The notes beneath the pieces were generated by a model. That model saw only the letters and a list, made by a program, of their open reading frames with translations, was not told the DNA's origin and made no database searches. From the NCBI GenBank assembly GCA_964057225.1, contig OZ059897.1, positions 15,438,001 through 15,502,000 on the forward strand: a stretch of 64,000 nucleotides of DNA, in the 5' to 3' direction. This DNA comes from Auanema rhodensis. Lineage: Eukaryota > Animalia > Nematoda. This document shows positions 13,348 through 26,581 of this stretch, in pieces. Numbering within the stretch: position 1 is the stretch's first letter; every line of letters starts with the position of its first letter. Made by a program: the position numbers and the translations under genes.

Positions 13348-15487
13348 ATGATAACTACAACAAAATATTTTATTTTATTCACTCTCTGTAAGTTTTTATT
13401 TCTAAATTTTTATATTTTTGTTACAAAAACTATTTGATTTCTTTTTTCAGTTTTTAATTCTGTTTTTGCAATATTTTCATATAATCCCAATGAAACTCTT
13501 GTTCAAATAGAGCCAATTCTTGATAATTATCAAAAATGGAAAACTGAACGGAATGAATTTATCCGTTATTCTACAGGTTTTAAACAAACTTAATAAAAAA
13601 CTTAGTAATTTCTATTAGATTATCCATTTGGTTGGAACGATTTTCAATGCACTGTACCAACAATAGTTGATGAGCCATCTGATGTCCATCATGTAGCTCC
13701 ATGGCATATCTCTGTGATAGCTGCTATGGGAGATTCATTAACAGTAATATTTTATATTTTATAATTTATTTAATTTAAATTATTTATTGGCTGGAAGAGC
13801 TGCAGCTGCTAGTTCTCTTTCTCAAATATCCGATGATTTTCGAGGCTTATCCTTTGCAATTGGAGAAGATTTCAAAATTGAAGAATATGCTACATTACCT
13901 AGTTCGTAAAAGAATTTTAAAAAAGTCATAACCCAACTTTCTTCTCAGGCATCTTTCGACGTTTCTCTAAATCTTTGTTTGGGTCCAGTCATGGTATATC
14001 TGATGAAACAAGGTACTCGTTATCGCAATTCAATGTTGCCAAATCAGGAGCTAAAGCTCATGATTTACCTCGTCAGGTTAACAATATAAAATTAAAATTC
14101 TAATTTTCTTTAACATATTTTAGGCTAGAGAATTAGTGAAAAGAATGAAATTAGAATTGAATTTTCGTTATTTCACTGAATGGAAATTTATAAATATCTT
14201 CATCGGATCCAATGATTTATGTGATTTTAGTTTGAATGAGGTAAAATTATTAAAACATATTTAATTTAATATACTATTATAGACTTTATATGGTCCTGAA
14301 ACATATATACAAAGTTTTCATGAAGCTTTAACTTATTTAAAAGAAAATATGCCTAGAGCATATATTCATATTATGCCAGCTTTTAATGTTTCTGTTCTTG
14401 CAACAACTCATTCGAATAATCCATTTTGCATTGATTTTCATAAGTAAGTTATTTGTTTCAGAAATAATTTTATTTTAAAATTTTAGAATTACTTGTCCTA
14501 GCTTATTTGAAAAATCTCCTGAAGAACTACAAGGTGTAAAAGCAAAAATGGATAAATATCTTGAAACGTTCATGACTGATAGTTATCAAGCTGATGATTT
14601 TTCAATTATCATAGCTCCAGTTATTAGCAGTATTTCTAATCTTCCAATAATTGGAGTATGTTTTATACTTTGTAATAAAAAACAAATAATTAATAAAATA
14701 TATTTTAGAGTTCAGTAAATATTGCATTCACAGCATTAGATTGTTTTCATTTCTCAGTTATAGCACATGATATGGTAGCTAAAATTGTTTGGAATAGGCT
14801 TTTTCAAAATGTATTTCATCGCGAAAAATTAAGCAATTTTGAAGAATTTGATCCAAGAGTATGGAAGTGTCCTCCAGAAGTAAAAATTCTGAATATTCTT
14901 TGACTTACTATATCATTATTTTCAGTCATGTCCCTATCTACGAACTAAAAAGAATTCAATTGAATGTACAGAAAATGCTCATAATAGTTTAAAACTTCGA
15001 ATTGAGCCAGTTAGTTTATTTTTTTAAATAATAAATAAATACATATATGTATAAATATATTTTATAAAATGCAACCAAAGGTTAATAAAATAGAAAACAA
15101 AAATAACGTGATGAGACTTTTCACGTGACTATTAACACGTGATTTCACGTTATCTCTTGAAAACCGGAAAAACCATTCGTGTTGAAAAACAGGGAAAACG
15201 TTTAATCAAAAAGAATTTCAGGTTGTTTTACCCTCTCAAGATGAATTAGAAAACCGGCTAAGCGAAGATGGCAACGTAATTATCACTATTTCACTATATT
15301 TCATTGGTAAGTAGTGTTCTTTAATCAAAAAAAAATTAATTTCAATGTAGGTTTAATGCTAATGGTAACATTCATGATTCTTATAATAACAACAATACAG
15401 AAGAAATTAAATAAAAAAAATAAGAAGAAAGCTTATGAAGGAACTCCATTACTCTTAACAGCTAATTTATATGATGATCTGTTTTAA
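13348..15487 (+). CDS. GDSL/SGNH phospholipase B1-like type I membrane protein
   Basis: Signal peptide MITTTKYFILFTLFFNSVFA; VIAAMGDSLT (catalytic Ser), FNVAKSGA, IFIGSNDLC, LDCFHFS (Asp/His); C-terminal TM helix and basic tail ending EGTPLL...DLF*; one intron has a non-AG acceptor. Confidence 0.88.
15103..15153. promoter_or_regulatory. Intronic cluster of four E-box/CLEAR-like elements
   Basis: ATAACGTGA (15103), TCACGTGA (15121), CACGTG (15136), TCACGTTAT (15145) within 51 bp of an otherwise very AT-rich intron. Confidence 0.4.
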
Positions 15488-18400
15488 ATAAAAAACAGAA
15501 GCTTAAATGGTTAAGCTTAACATATTTTTGTTATTATTCATATAATTAAGAACATTCCATCAAATATTTAGGCGTTATTTTGATCTCTTTATGTGTGCTT
15601 CGAGTTTTATTCATTTATATATATTTATACATAGAATATAGGAATTTATTTTGTCATTAGAATAACATTGATTAATAAATTAGTTTGATATTTATACTAT
15701 TTACTTTATTATAAATTAGTATTATATGTGGCTATTTGATTGTATTTGATTGATTTATTAAAAAAAAGAGAAAATATATGTATTCAAACATCGTCATAGC
15801 CCTGAAGTTGATTCTCTTCGTTCATTTAGCTAGCGCAATCTATTCATTTTGAAGCATTTCAAATACGTGTTCTCTTCAAATCATACTTGACCAAGTATCG
15901 TTCTTCACTTCTCGAACTGTGATGATGACGCAGGGGCGATGAAGGTGATGATCTAACACATATGTATTATATATAAATATGATGACGACTGAAAAGAGGT
16001 TAGCAATAACGACCACGTAACAGAAGATGAAGCATACGAGGACACAAATTGAAGATGTCATAGAATCGCTTGTTCTGTTGGCAGCTACATATCATGAGAG
16101 GCTGTAGTAAAACCAGTTATTTTTGCAGCTACCACAGTTCTATTCGAGCCTCCTGTCACATCTCTGCATCTTTTTTTATTGCCAAAAAAAGGTGAAATCG
16201 ACATTGCCGCTATTTATTTGAACCACAAGATTTTGATTTCCGATGCATTCTTCGTATTTCTGTAGTTCAACAGTTTCAAACAAAAACTTCATGTAAATAA
16301 ACGGGTAACATCTTCATGTAAAACATAGATTTTGCTAATTATGAACTTTGAAATATGATGTGAGTATGCAATATAGAATACACTTTGAAGGATGAAGATA
16401 TCGAGGTCAAGCTTCAATGATCGTATTGGCTTGTTTTTTCACGACAAGTTCTTGAAGAGATACTCAAATCAAAGAAAATAGTCTGATTTCATTTGAATTT
16501 GTCTTTTCATACCTATTAGACCTTCATGTATCTAAGAATATCTTCTTATTCGTTACACTAAAAAGGCAAATAATTCTTGAAGATTACCGTATACATAGTT
16601 CATTAAGTGAATGTAATGTTTGAATCTGAACTACTATACTGTATCTTTAATGCTTATCATCATCTTAGCTTCACCGGATATATGGATATACACATTCAGA
16701 TCCGTTCACGATTTCAGTGTTCGTCCAACTTTGGAATCGCCTCTGAATCAATTCAAAAGGGAGTTTTCTATGATTAGAACTTGCTATGATGTCATCACTT
16801 CTATTGTTTCCATTCAAATGTAAAAACGTCAGTTCATACATGTTCAGAAATGAAACCACTGTTTTTAGAGTTTTTCATTCACCTCAAATCTGTACCAGTC
16901 TTTCCTGTCGTCGTCGCTTCAAAGTATATTCTCTTTCAGCTCTTATGTGTATTTTAATCTTTTTTTTCTATCTTTTCCATCTAACAACCTGGAATGAGAG
17001 CTGATATATTTGAAGACAACAACTACAGTCATTGTATCTAGCATATGTTTCAATTGTTCCAATCAAATATAAACGGGTTCTTCATCCGCCACCTACACAT
17101 CGTCTCTCTTCATCCCACGACATCCAGCACCATCACATAGCGATATAGACCACAACTTCTCCACTCACATCTTCACAATGTCGTTAACGTTGTTGTAGTT
17201 GTCGGCGTATAGCTGATGCCTACATTATCGCCGGTTTTATTCTCAAAGCTCCAATGTTGGTATGGTCACTGATTTTTCCAAAGACATTTTTCTCTACGCC
17301 ACTGCTACCATGCTTCCCATTTGTTTCGGTTTCAAGGAAACGTCCATTCATCCAAATTTGGATATCACTATCACGATGTATACAACAGCATCTTACATAA
17401 CAAACATTGAAGCTAGTTAATAATACGAGTGATTACAATAAGTTGTTTGATGAGTGAACTACAACTACAATCAACTAATGTTCACTGGATATGATTATAG
17501 GTATAAGCATGGTTCATTGATGATCTTCTTCGTCTAAAGGCACGAATTGCTCCATTAATAATACATGTATATTTAGTTTTTACTAAAATCATCTGATATG
17601 TTGTCAGAAACTTGAATATAATTGAAACTACTGAAAAAACATATAAAGAAAAATATAAACGAAATGAGATTTAATTAAATCTTTTTTTTATTTAAATTAT
17701 ATAAAATGTAGTTATGATTATCCTTTTCTCTATAAATTATATAATTAATAAAGATATATTAATATTTAAATATTTGTAAATTTAGAAATAAAGAAAGAAA
17801 TATGTAATTCGACCAATGTAAATATCTTTCTAAATTAAATTTTAGTAACTAAACCATATAGTTATAAGACAGTAATATCAATTTATGGTGATTATTAGTT
17901 CTGAATTATAACTTTTATATGAATTTGGATAAGATATGACACTATCCAAAAAAATCAAGAATATCATGAACATCATAAAAGACAAAAGACAATAGGTGAT
18001 TTCCGAGTTTCTTTTCATTTTTTTTAAAGAATTCTCGTCCTTCATATCCGATATTTGGCAGCTTCTTCTGATATCATGAAAAACTGTTCCGACTAAGGTG
18101 ACAAAACTGAATAGTATGATACGCGATTGAAAGATAACAACAGAATGAGAGGGGGGAGAGAAAGAGAAAGATAGAGAGAGAAAGGTAAAGATGAGGAGAT
18201 ATAATAGGAGTGAAAGAGAGGAAAGCTATTGGGACGGAATCATGGAACAGAAATCAACCGTATCTGTGACAGGAGTTCAGTCGGTTCTACTATTTAATTA
18301 TAAGCACAAGAATAAACTGTTTACATCTTCTAATTCAATACTATGTGTCCCTCTTGATTTGCCGAAAATCGTCTTCTTCATAGGGCAAATTAGTCAGTTC

Positions 18401-18890
18401 CCGTGAATCTGCTTGAGAAACAACACATAACTCTTCATTTCGTTCCAAGTGATATTCTTTCAAGAATACGAGAACTAATCCCATTTTTTGTTCTTTTACT
18501 ATGAAAAACATCTAGATTGGCTAAACATAGTAGGTGAAAAGCAGAATAAGAAAGCATAAAACAATGTCCTTTCTTAATTGATGCTGATGTGACTTCTGTA
18601 AAACAAGCACTTGAGACTTCTTCTTTTTTATGTGGCAATGTAGCCTTACAGTCTATGATGATGTGAGGGGTGGATACATGGTAGTAGGGGGGTGGGAATT
18701 CAGAAGCTTTTCTCTCCCTCTCTCCTTCTATGCAGTTGTTTCCCACACTATTTTCTTCTCTCTTTCTTCCTCACTCTTCTATTTTCTATATTTCTTCTTC
18801 CTTTTCTAGCTTCTTCCTACTGCTTGAGGGCGGATCCGTCCACTAGCCGCTAGCCCTGCTTCTGCTGAGCGCACTTAGCGGCCGCAGACC

Positions 18891-21800
18891 ATGTGGCTTG
18901 CGTTGATCTCGTTTCTACTCCCAGGTGCGTAAATCTTTAACCGTTACTATGCTTAAATGACATCTACATCCAAATATTCTGAGAAATATACAGATAATTT
19001 AATGTTCTAGAACGTTTTTTTTCAATCTATGTTATTCATATTTCCGATAATGGACTGATAACATTTTGTCCTTCTATGCTGACACGATTCTTTGGCAATT
19101 TTTTGAAGATTTACCAAATATTAATTTCAAATGCCATTGATTGTGTACTTCGTTGTGTTTCACTTCTTAAGGATAAACTAGTCGAGCTATACTTTTGTTA
19201 ATTCTGTATGACAGATGTATCAAAGCAACAAGAAACTAGTCAGCATCAAAACATTTTCAAAGCAGTTTTAGTATGCCAATTATTTTATTATCATCTATAA
19301 ACTAATATGTATTTATATGTCAATATAATATATAATATTAAAGATTAAAAGATTATAATTAAAAACAAGAAAATCAAAATAAATATCTTTTTTTTTTGTT
19401 GGAAATCTCGTCTTTATACTTAGAAGATTGTACCCGGAAAGCCACTTTTTCATTTGAAAAATCCGATATTTCTTGAATGAAAAAGTCTATACCACGAAAT
19501 GATTATTTTAGAGGTTTGATACTTGAATTTGTCTTGTTTCACGCAATTCTCTATAAAAAATTGAAGAGCTATGTTTCACACATTTAGCTAATCCTGTGTC
19601 CATTTCAAATTTCATCTTTTTGCAGCAGGAACTTGTTTTGCTTATTCGGTTCCGAATAGTTCTACCTATCCATCTCATTTAGCCCACTCAATTCAAGGTT
19701 AAAGAAATTCTTCCAATCCAAACGCAGATTTCGATTATCTCCAGTTTGCATAAATTCTGAAATAGTTTCCCTATACGAAAATGCATCAAAGTTCTCACAA
19801 TTCTAAAAACAAGAAATAATGCCTAATGATGAGGAGTATCAACTATTCCCATTCAAAAATTAAAATTTTAGTCTTCTGAGAATTATTTTATTTTAAGCTA
19901 TAGCGATATTTTCAGTAGTTCACTACAGTACAGCACAATATGTCAATATAGCACAATTTGGACAGCAACAAGCTGTTGGAGCTCCAGCCTATGCTCGTAC
20001 ACAGTACCAGTTCTGGCGACCACAATTCGATCATACAGCACAATATCAACAAGGACCTCAACCACAATATCAAGCTTCTCAGCCTGCGTACCAAAACCAA
20101 GGATCAGGTAATAATTAGTATATCTTATAACTTAACTTACCCCAAAATATAGCCGGATATACTGAAACTGCACCTGCTCAATATCAACAACAGCAACAAC
20201 CTCAGCAATACCAGCCACAACAAGCACCTCCTCAATATCAGCAGCAAGCTCCACAGTACCAACAAGTAGCTCAACCACAAACTTACCAGCAACCTGCTCA
20301 ACCACAGCCTCAACAATATCAACAACCATCTCAGCCCCAAGCCCCTTATCAGCAACCTGCTGAACCCCAAATCTATCAGCCTCAGCAGCCGCAACCACAA
20401 CAACAACAAGGTTACCAACAACGTCCACAACAGTATCAACAACCACAGCAACAGGTCTATCGTGAACAACCACAAATGTATCAACAGCAAGTCAAGGTAT
20501 TCATCTTAAACATTTTATTCGCTAACTCCACTTAAACAATGATTTTCCTGCATGAGAAACCAGATATATCTCTTATAACAGCTCTTAAGTATCTAAAAAA
20601 TGGAATTAACTTCAAACGAGTTGAAAGTCGTCATTGTGAGAGATCATATAAACTGATATGTAGATACGATAACGTGAACTTTCGTCCTTTTTTTCACTTT
20701 TTGATAATAAACAAAAAATATTGGATATTTCTTAAGTTTTGGTTTGAAGAATAATAAAATTCCTTTCAGCAAGTCTATCAGCCTCAGATTCAACAACAAC
20801 AATTCTATCCACAACAACAAGTAAACGCAGCACCTAACCCACCTCCAGTTCCACAAGTTCAACCAAACTTTGCAGCTCAGGTTATTAAAAGTTCTTGTAA
20901 ATATGATATCTATTAGAGAAATAGCAAGTATAATATCTATTTTTTCCAAATCAAAATCAGTTTATATTTTAAAAAATTATTCTTTGGAACCTGACTACCT
21001 CAGGCTCCTCCACCACCGGACCGTTTTGTTCCATATGTCTCGGACGTCTACCATCCTGAGAAGAATATATCTCCTGCGCGTTATTCTAGACCCCAAGTGA
21101 TTACAATTTTAACTCAAAATGAGGTTCGGATGAACAGCTTCCGTAGATTTAGAATACGAAACCATAGATTGATAGAATAGAAACTAAAATAGATATTAGT
21201 ATAAACATCATTGATACTCACATGGATAGAATATCTCTTTATTAAAAAGATAAATTGCTTAAATACAAATTTAGAATATTCCTGAAGGAACTTACGTAGC
21301 CGAAGAAATTATTGTTGATGGAAATCACCCAAGTTACGTTGAAAATGTGGAACGCCATTCATCTCCTCTTAGAGTATAGTTCTTCCCATGTCGTATCAAA
21401 TCTTGCCTATCTCTTATAATATTATAGAGTTTATATTTCTTTTAAGAAATATGATGAAAACAACTGAATTCAATGATTACAGACTCATTACAAGCATTAT
21501 TCCAGATCAGCAAAAAGTTCATTAACTCACCACAACAACAACAACAGCGTGTTATCCCACAGCCAGACGCTAGGTTAAAGGTAATCAACTGTTTTATTGT
21601 ACTCAATTTCTCTAGTTGATCTTGTAATTCGAATTTTTTATTGTCTGCTTCTAATTATCAAGAAAAGCTGACTGTTCAATAGATCTATCTCTAGTTAAAT
21701 CCGGTTTTCCGGTCCCAAACTTTTGATCTGACTTATTACGTCATAGACTCATGTATCTATCCCGTGAAAAACTGACCACAGACAACATTTAACGTAGATG

Positions 21801-22778
21801 AAGACCTAGTCGACGAAATATATACCCGTTTTGCTATTTCTTCACCATTTTCTGTTATTTGTTCGCATTCGACATCAATAACCGCCTTTGTAAAGCCAAG
21901 CCTATAGTAAGATTGCTGGTTCCAAGGCAATCATGTTGCCGATAGGTCAGCTTTTGCCAAATCTATCAAAACAAACAGATAGACCAGATAATAAACTATA
22001 GAACTAAACAGAAAATGAACCAGATAAGATCAAAAATCAAATCATAATGAAAATTATTTAGGCTCCAGTCATTAACAACGCCGTGAATGTACCATCAGTC
22101 AGTACCACAGGGCAAAGACAACCTCCACCACCTCCACAACCTCAACCACAACAACCACAACAACCACGAATCCAACCACATCAATCATCCGTACACCAAT
22201 CTAGACCTCAATCCAGTAGCTCTATTTCCCAAAATCAAGTCCGTCGTCCAAATGTTGAATCACCTCATGCCACCGTATCCACTGGGGCAGGTTCATCTAT
22301 GAGCGCCAACGCTAGGTCTAGCGCAGTTTTCCTAACATGCTGTAAGGCGAGAAAGGTTGCCAAATCTTGCGAACGCATTTGTGATTTTGATGTCCTCAGC
22401 AAAAAGACGGTAATAATATGAATTCAAAAATGCAGATATTTTTATATTTATAAATCTTTCAGCTTACTGGAATGTTCCTTGGAACTGATCCATGCCCACA
22501 ATCATATGGCCTTGATCTTCTTCAATGTGCTGCTCAGAACGAAGACCATACCGACTGCTGCCGTTCCAAAGATGTGCACAGAACTTCAGCTGGAGAAAAA
22601 TGTCTAGGATTCTGCAACATGAGGCCAGGAATCACCTTCCAGGTAATAGAAAAAATTGATAATTTAGTATTGATTTGAATTGTAGGCTGACGTTTCCATG
22701 CTTCCATGTTGGGCCGTTTTGAACGATATCAAGAGCTGTTTCAAAGAACACATTGAGGAAGGAATTCAGCAAGGATAA
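18891..22778 (+). CDS. Secreted Gln/Pro/Tyr-rich protein with C-terminal Cys-rich DB module
   Basis: Signal peptide MWLALISFLLP..., long QPY low-complexity exons, then FLTCCKARKVAKSCERICDFD...CPQSYGLDLLQCAAQNEDHTDCCR...CLGFCN...LPCWAVLNDIKSCF typical of the nematode DB domain; in-phase GT-AG junctions to TAA at 22776-22778. Confidence 0.85.
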
Positions 22779-23056
22779 ACATTGAATTACGATACCTCAC
22801 ACGATCTAGTCACTATTTTGGAACCTATTGCATTTTAGAAATATTTTGCGGCGCATATAATACATGTCTGTAAATAATATGTTGATTTATAAAAGGTTTA
22901 TGTCAAAAAAAATAAGAATGTTAAAAGTAACAGATCATTCATCAATATCTAAACACTCTAAAAAAAACAAAAAAAACAAATCAACTAAACAATCTATACT
23001 ATTACAGTTCATGAATATAACAACGCTCACGAATAGAGCAGTACTTAATTCTTACT

Positions 23057-24386
23057 TTAGCGTCTCTTGGTCTTATCAAATACTTCAAGATAGTCTTGAT
23101 CAGCAATATTCAACATCAATCCATCAGATGGAAGATAGACCTAAAACATTAAACGTAAGAACAATAATTTACAGCTATATTTCACCTTGTTGTTAGGATT
23201 CTTTGAGAGTTCCCTAGCAATATTTTGAGCAGCTCTAATTTTTCTGAGTTTCAAGAATCCAGGGTCACTTCGCATAGCTTCTCCCATCTAAAAATGTACA
23301 GGTTCAAATACATGAAAGAAAAAAAACACTCGTAATCAGTCAACATAGAAATCAACCTGAGATTATATATGTCGCCCTTTACAATCAAATTGTTATCTAT
23401 TACCAACTCAATCAAGATTTACGACAAAAATGATATTTTAGAAAAATTTACCATTTTGGCAGATGCAGCTTCTCCTTCAGCTTGAACGATTTTTTCTTGT
23501 CTAGACTGCTTTGCCTTCTCAACTAAGAAATGAGCACGTTGGGCTTCTTGGGCAGCAACCTATTATTTAGTGATTATGAATACAATTACAAAATGATAAC
23601 AAACCTGCTTAGCTTCAACTGCAGCAGAATATTGAGGGGAGAAAGCTAATTCAGTAATAGAAACATCATCAAGGATGATGTTGAAGTCAAGTGCTCTATC
23701 AATAAGAGCTTTTCTGACTAAGATAGAGACCTAAACAAGTTTTACATTGATAGAAAGTGAATGAACAATAGAATACCTGCTGACGTTGAGTAATCAATTG
23801 AGATGCATTAAATTTGGCAACAACGCCTTTAAGAACCTAAAACATGATGCATAACAATTAAATAATTTAGATCGAAACCTCGTTACAGATGGAAGGCAAC
23901 AAACGCTCTTCCCAGTTTTGTCCGAGGGTGCGGTAAATTTTGACAAGGCTGTTTGGATCTGGTCTGCAGAGAACACGGAGTCCGATGTTCACCATCTGCA
24001 AATCTTTGGATCCAGTTGGAGATCTAATCTGTAAATGTTAATTTCCTAATTATTACTTTTTGTTATATTTTTACTTGATTGGGTCTGGCACGGATATCAT
24101 AAACAATAGGGTATTGGAACCATGGAACTCTGAAGTGAAGTCCTTCCTTGTATACGTCACTGGAAAGTCCACCAATTCTGTTGAACATAATAGCTCTATG
24201 ACCAGCTTCGACTAAAAACCGAACTCATTATAATTATAAAAAAAAACAATAAATACCTGTGAACATAGATTGGGCAACTCCATAAGCAGCAGCTCCAGCA
24301 GCAGCAAGAAGACTCAGACCCAATCCGGCTCCTTTAGCGTTCTGGAGAGCTTTTTTCATAGCCTCTTGCCCCTTATTTGCAGCCAT
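23057..24386 (-). CDS. phb-2: Mitochondrial prohibitin 2
   Basis: [87 protein letters not shown]; ATG immediately after a TTTAG acceptor. Confidence 0.95.
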
Positions 24387-24663
24387 TCTAAATTAAATGA
24401 ATATTACTCAATATTTAATCAAATGTATTCAAAAAGTTAGCATAAAATAACTGAAGAAAACAGCGCAAATAAATACAAGATATTTCATCAGCCGCAGTTT
24501 GCCGTGATGCCTTATAATCATCGCGCGCGCTATCGCAAGCGAATATATTTCTGTGTAGGACCAATAAAACAAATTTATATTTCTGTCGTTGATTTAAAAA
24601 ATTATAGCTGTTTTTTTTTTAATATATTAATTATGCTATCTTTATTCCAGCCAATGAAGTAAG
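24387..24663. promoter_or_regulatory. Compact bidirectional promoter between phb-2 and the PUS10-TOP3B unit
   Basis: 277 bp between divergent ATGs, each preceded by an acceptor-like site; central CpG-rich TCGCGCGCGC core at 24521-24530 in AT-rich DNA. Confidence 0.65.
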
Positions 24664-26432
24664 ATGTCCGAGATTAAAGAATTCATCAATATATCGTTAT
24701 GTCAGAAATGCTTTCGTCAAATTGCTGGAGAAAACAGCGATAATATAACCAAATGTGAAGAAAGTTACAAATGCTTTCTTTGTTTTGGTATGCTGGATGA
24801 TGAGTTCATTAAAGAAGTTGGTTTAAAGACTGAATAAGTGTATAGTAAAGCTCTTAGGTAGCTGCTGAAGTTGAGCGTCAACTTTCCAATCTACCGTATG
24901 ACGCAGGATCTTTCGTTCTTGCCTTAAATCTTCCATTTTCTCAAACTCTTAGAGAAGCACTCCTGAAAAAATTACGTCCAGATTTTAATGGAATTTTAGT
25001 AGATGTACCTTACAAGATTAGAAATATCGATGCTTATCTATCTAAACTTTCAGAGGTATTATTCCCCTGCTGCTTTCCCTACAATTTTGAAAACAGACTT
25101 CAGGATTACGCCCAACTTTGTCATCTGATCTTAGACTGACTATATCATTTGAAAATGATGAATTTCACGAGACTGATCACGCATATCTATGCAAAAACTT
25201 TCCAGCTCAGTTCGGTCAAACAAAGAAGAGAAATCACAACGGAGCTGATGCTGGAGTGGGTTGTTCAAAAATTCAATTGCAACAAGTTTTAGGTAAAATC
25301 AATAAGGAAAATTCAAGGTTTATTCATCTATTCTTAATATTTAGTTAATAGTACGTATTCAGCACGTACAACATCGTTTCACCCTCTAAAAAATGTACTT
25401 TTGCTCTGGAATTTGAAAGAGATCCGTTATACATAGCGGGAAGATATTGTAAGTATTCCCGAGCGCTACCACAATCTCCTTGGTCCGCAGAAGAAAAAGG
25501 AGGTTACAAAATACCTGGAAATTCGGTAAATTTTGATAACAAGTAGACTGCTTTTATCTGTAGATGTTAGGTATCTGAGAAGATTTGTGATATATTGATG
25601 AAAGAATTTGGTGCCGCAGATAGCACATTCATGGCCTCTGGCAGAGAAGATATAGATGTTAGAATGTTGGGTGAAGGAAGACCTTTCGCTGTTGAACTAA
25701 AAAATTGTAGACACTTGAAAAAGCTTCATGGGTTAGTGTTCTGCCATTTTATAGCATTTTTGTTCGTACTTTAGAACGAAGTATGTTGAAGCCTTGAAGG
25801 AAATTGAAAACATTATAAACAGCACTCACGACGTTGTAAAAGTAAAATATTTGACGAGAGTTACTAAAGAACAAGTTGATTTATTAACTATAGGTCAAGA
25901 AGGTACAAAACATTAATCAAGAATATCATTTTTACAAAATATATTTCTAGATAAAAAGAAATTGTATACGGCTTATTGTTATAGTACAATGAAACTGTCT
26001 CCAGAATCTTTTACTAATGCTGTTAAAAAGATTCCTGTTGAAATTATTCAAAAGACACCTGTTCGAGTCCTTAAAAGAAGAGCATTGCTAGACAGACCAC
26101 GGTCCATTTATACTCTGGAATTATTACGTTTAGATGATCATCATTTCTTAGCAAGGTAATCATTTCTGAGATTTGTTGGTTTTCTTAACTATTCTATTAT
26201 AGGTTAGAAACACAAGCAGGAACATATATAAAGGAATTTGTTCACGGAGATTTCGGAAGAACGCAACCTTCCCTTGCTGATTTGTTAATGGTGGAGAACG
26301 GTGAAGTTGATATCTTAGAACTTGATGTTGAGAACGTCGAAATGGTGTGGCCACCTGAGGTGTGATTTTTAATCAGTTCATACTTTCATTTTTTCTTTTC
26401 AGACTTCAGAAAAACATTATTTCCGTAGTTAA
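24664..26432 (+). CDS. PUS10: tRNA pseudouridine synthase Pus10 (stop at 26363-26365 or, via a last small exon, 26430-26432)
   Basis: N-terminal CxxC...CxxC Zn site, AGRYCKYSRALPQSPW, SGREDIDVRMLGEGRPF (catalytic Asp), QKTPVRVLKRR, TQAGTYIKEFVHGDFGRT. Confidence 0.93.
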
Positions 26433-26581
26433 AACTATGTTGTTGAATTTTATTGTTGAATTGTTGTTATATGATAAAGTTTCGATATTTTACTTTAGTG
26501 TTGTTAGAGATAATTGATGTTCATTTCATTCATTACTTTTATTCAGAAAATAAAATTTTTTTATTTACATTGATCTCAGTT

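Noticed and set aside
17230-17300. Minus-strand FGKISDH, reminiscent of a LINE endonuclease SDH motif
   Set aside because: Only a three-residue match in a short closed frame; no other endonuclease or RT motifs found.
20132-20949. Minus-strand Val/Leu-rich ORFs
   Set aside because: Antisense shadows of the CAA/CCA-rich exons of the DB-module gene.
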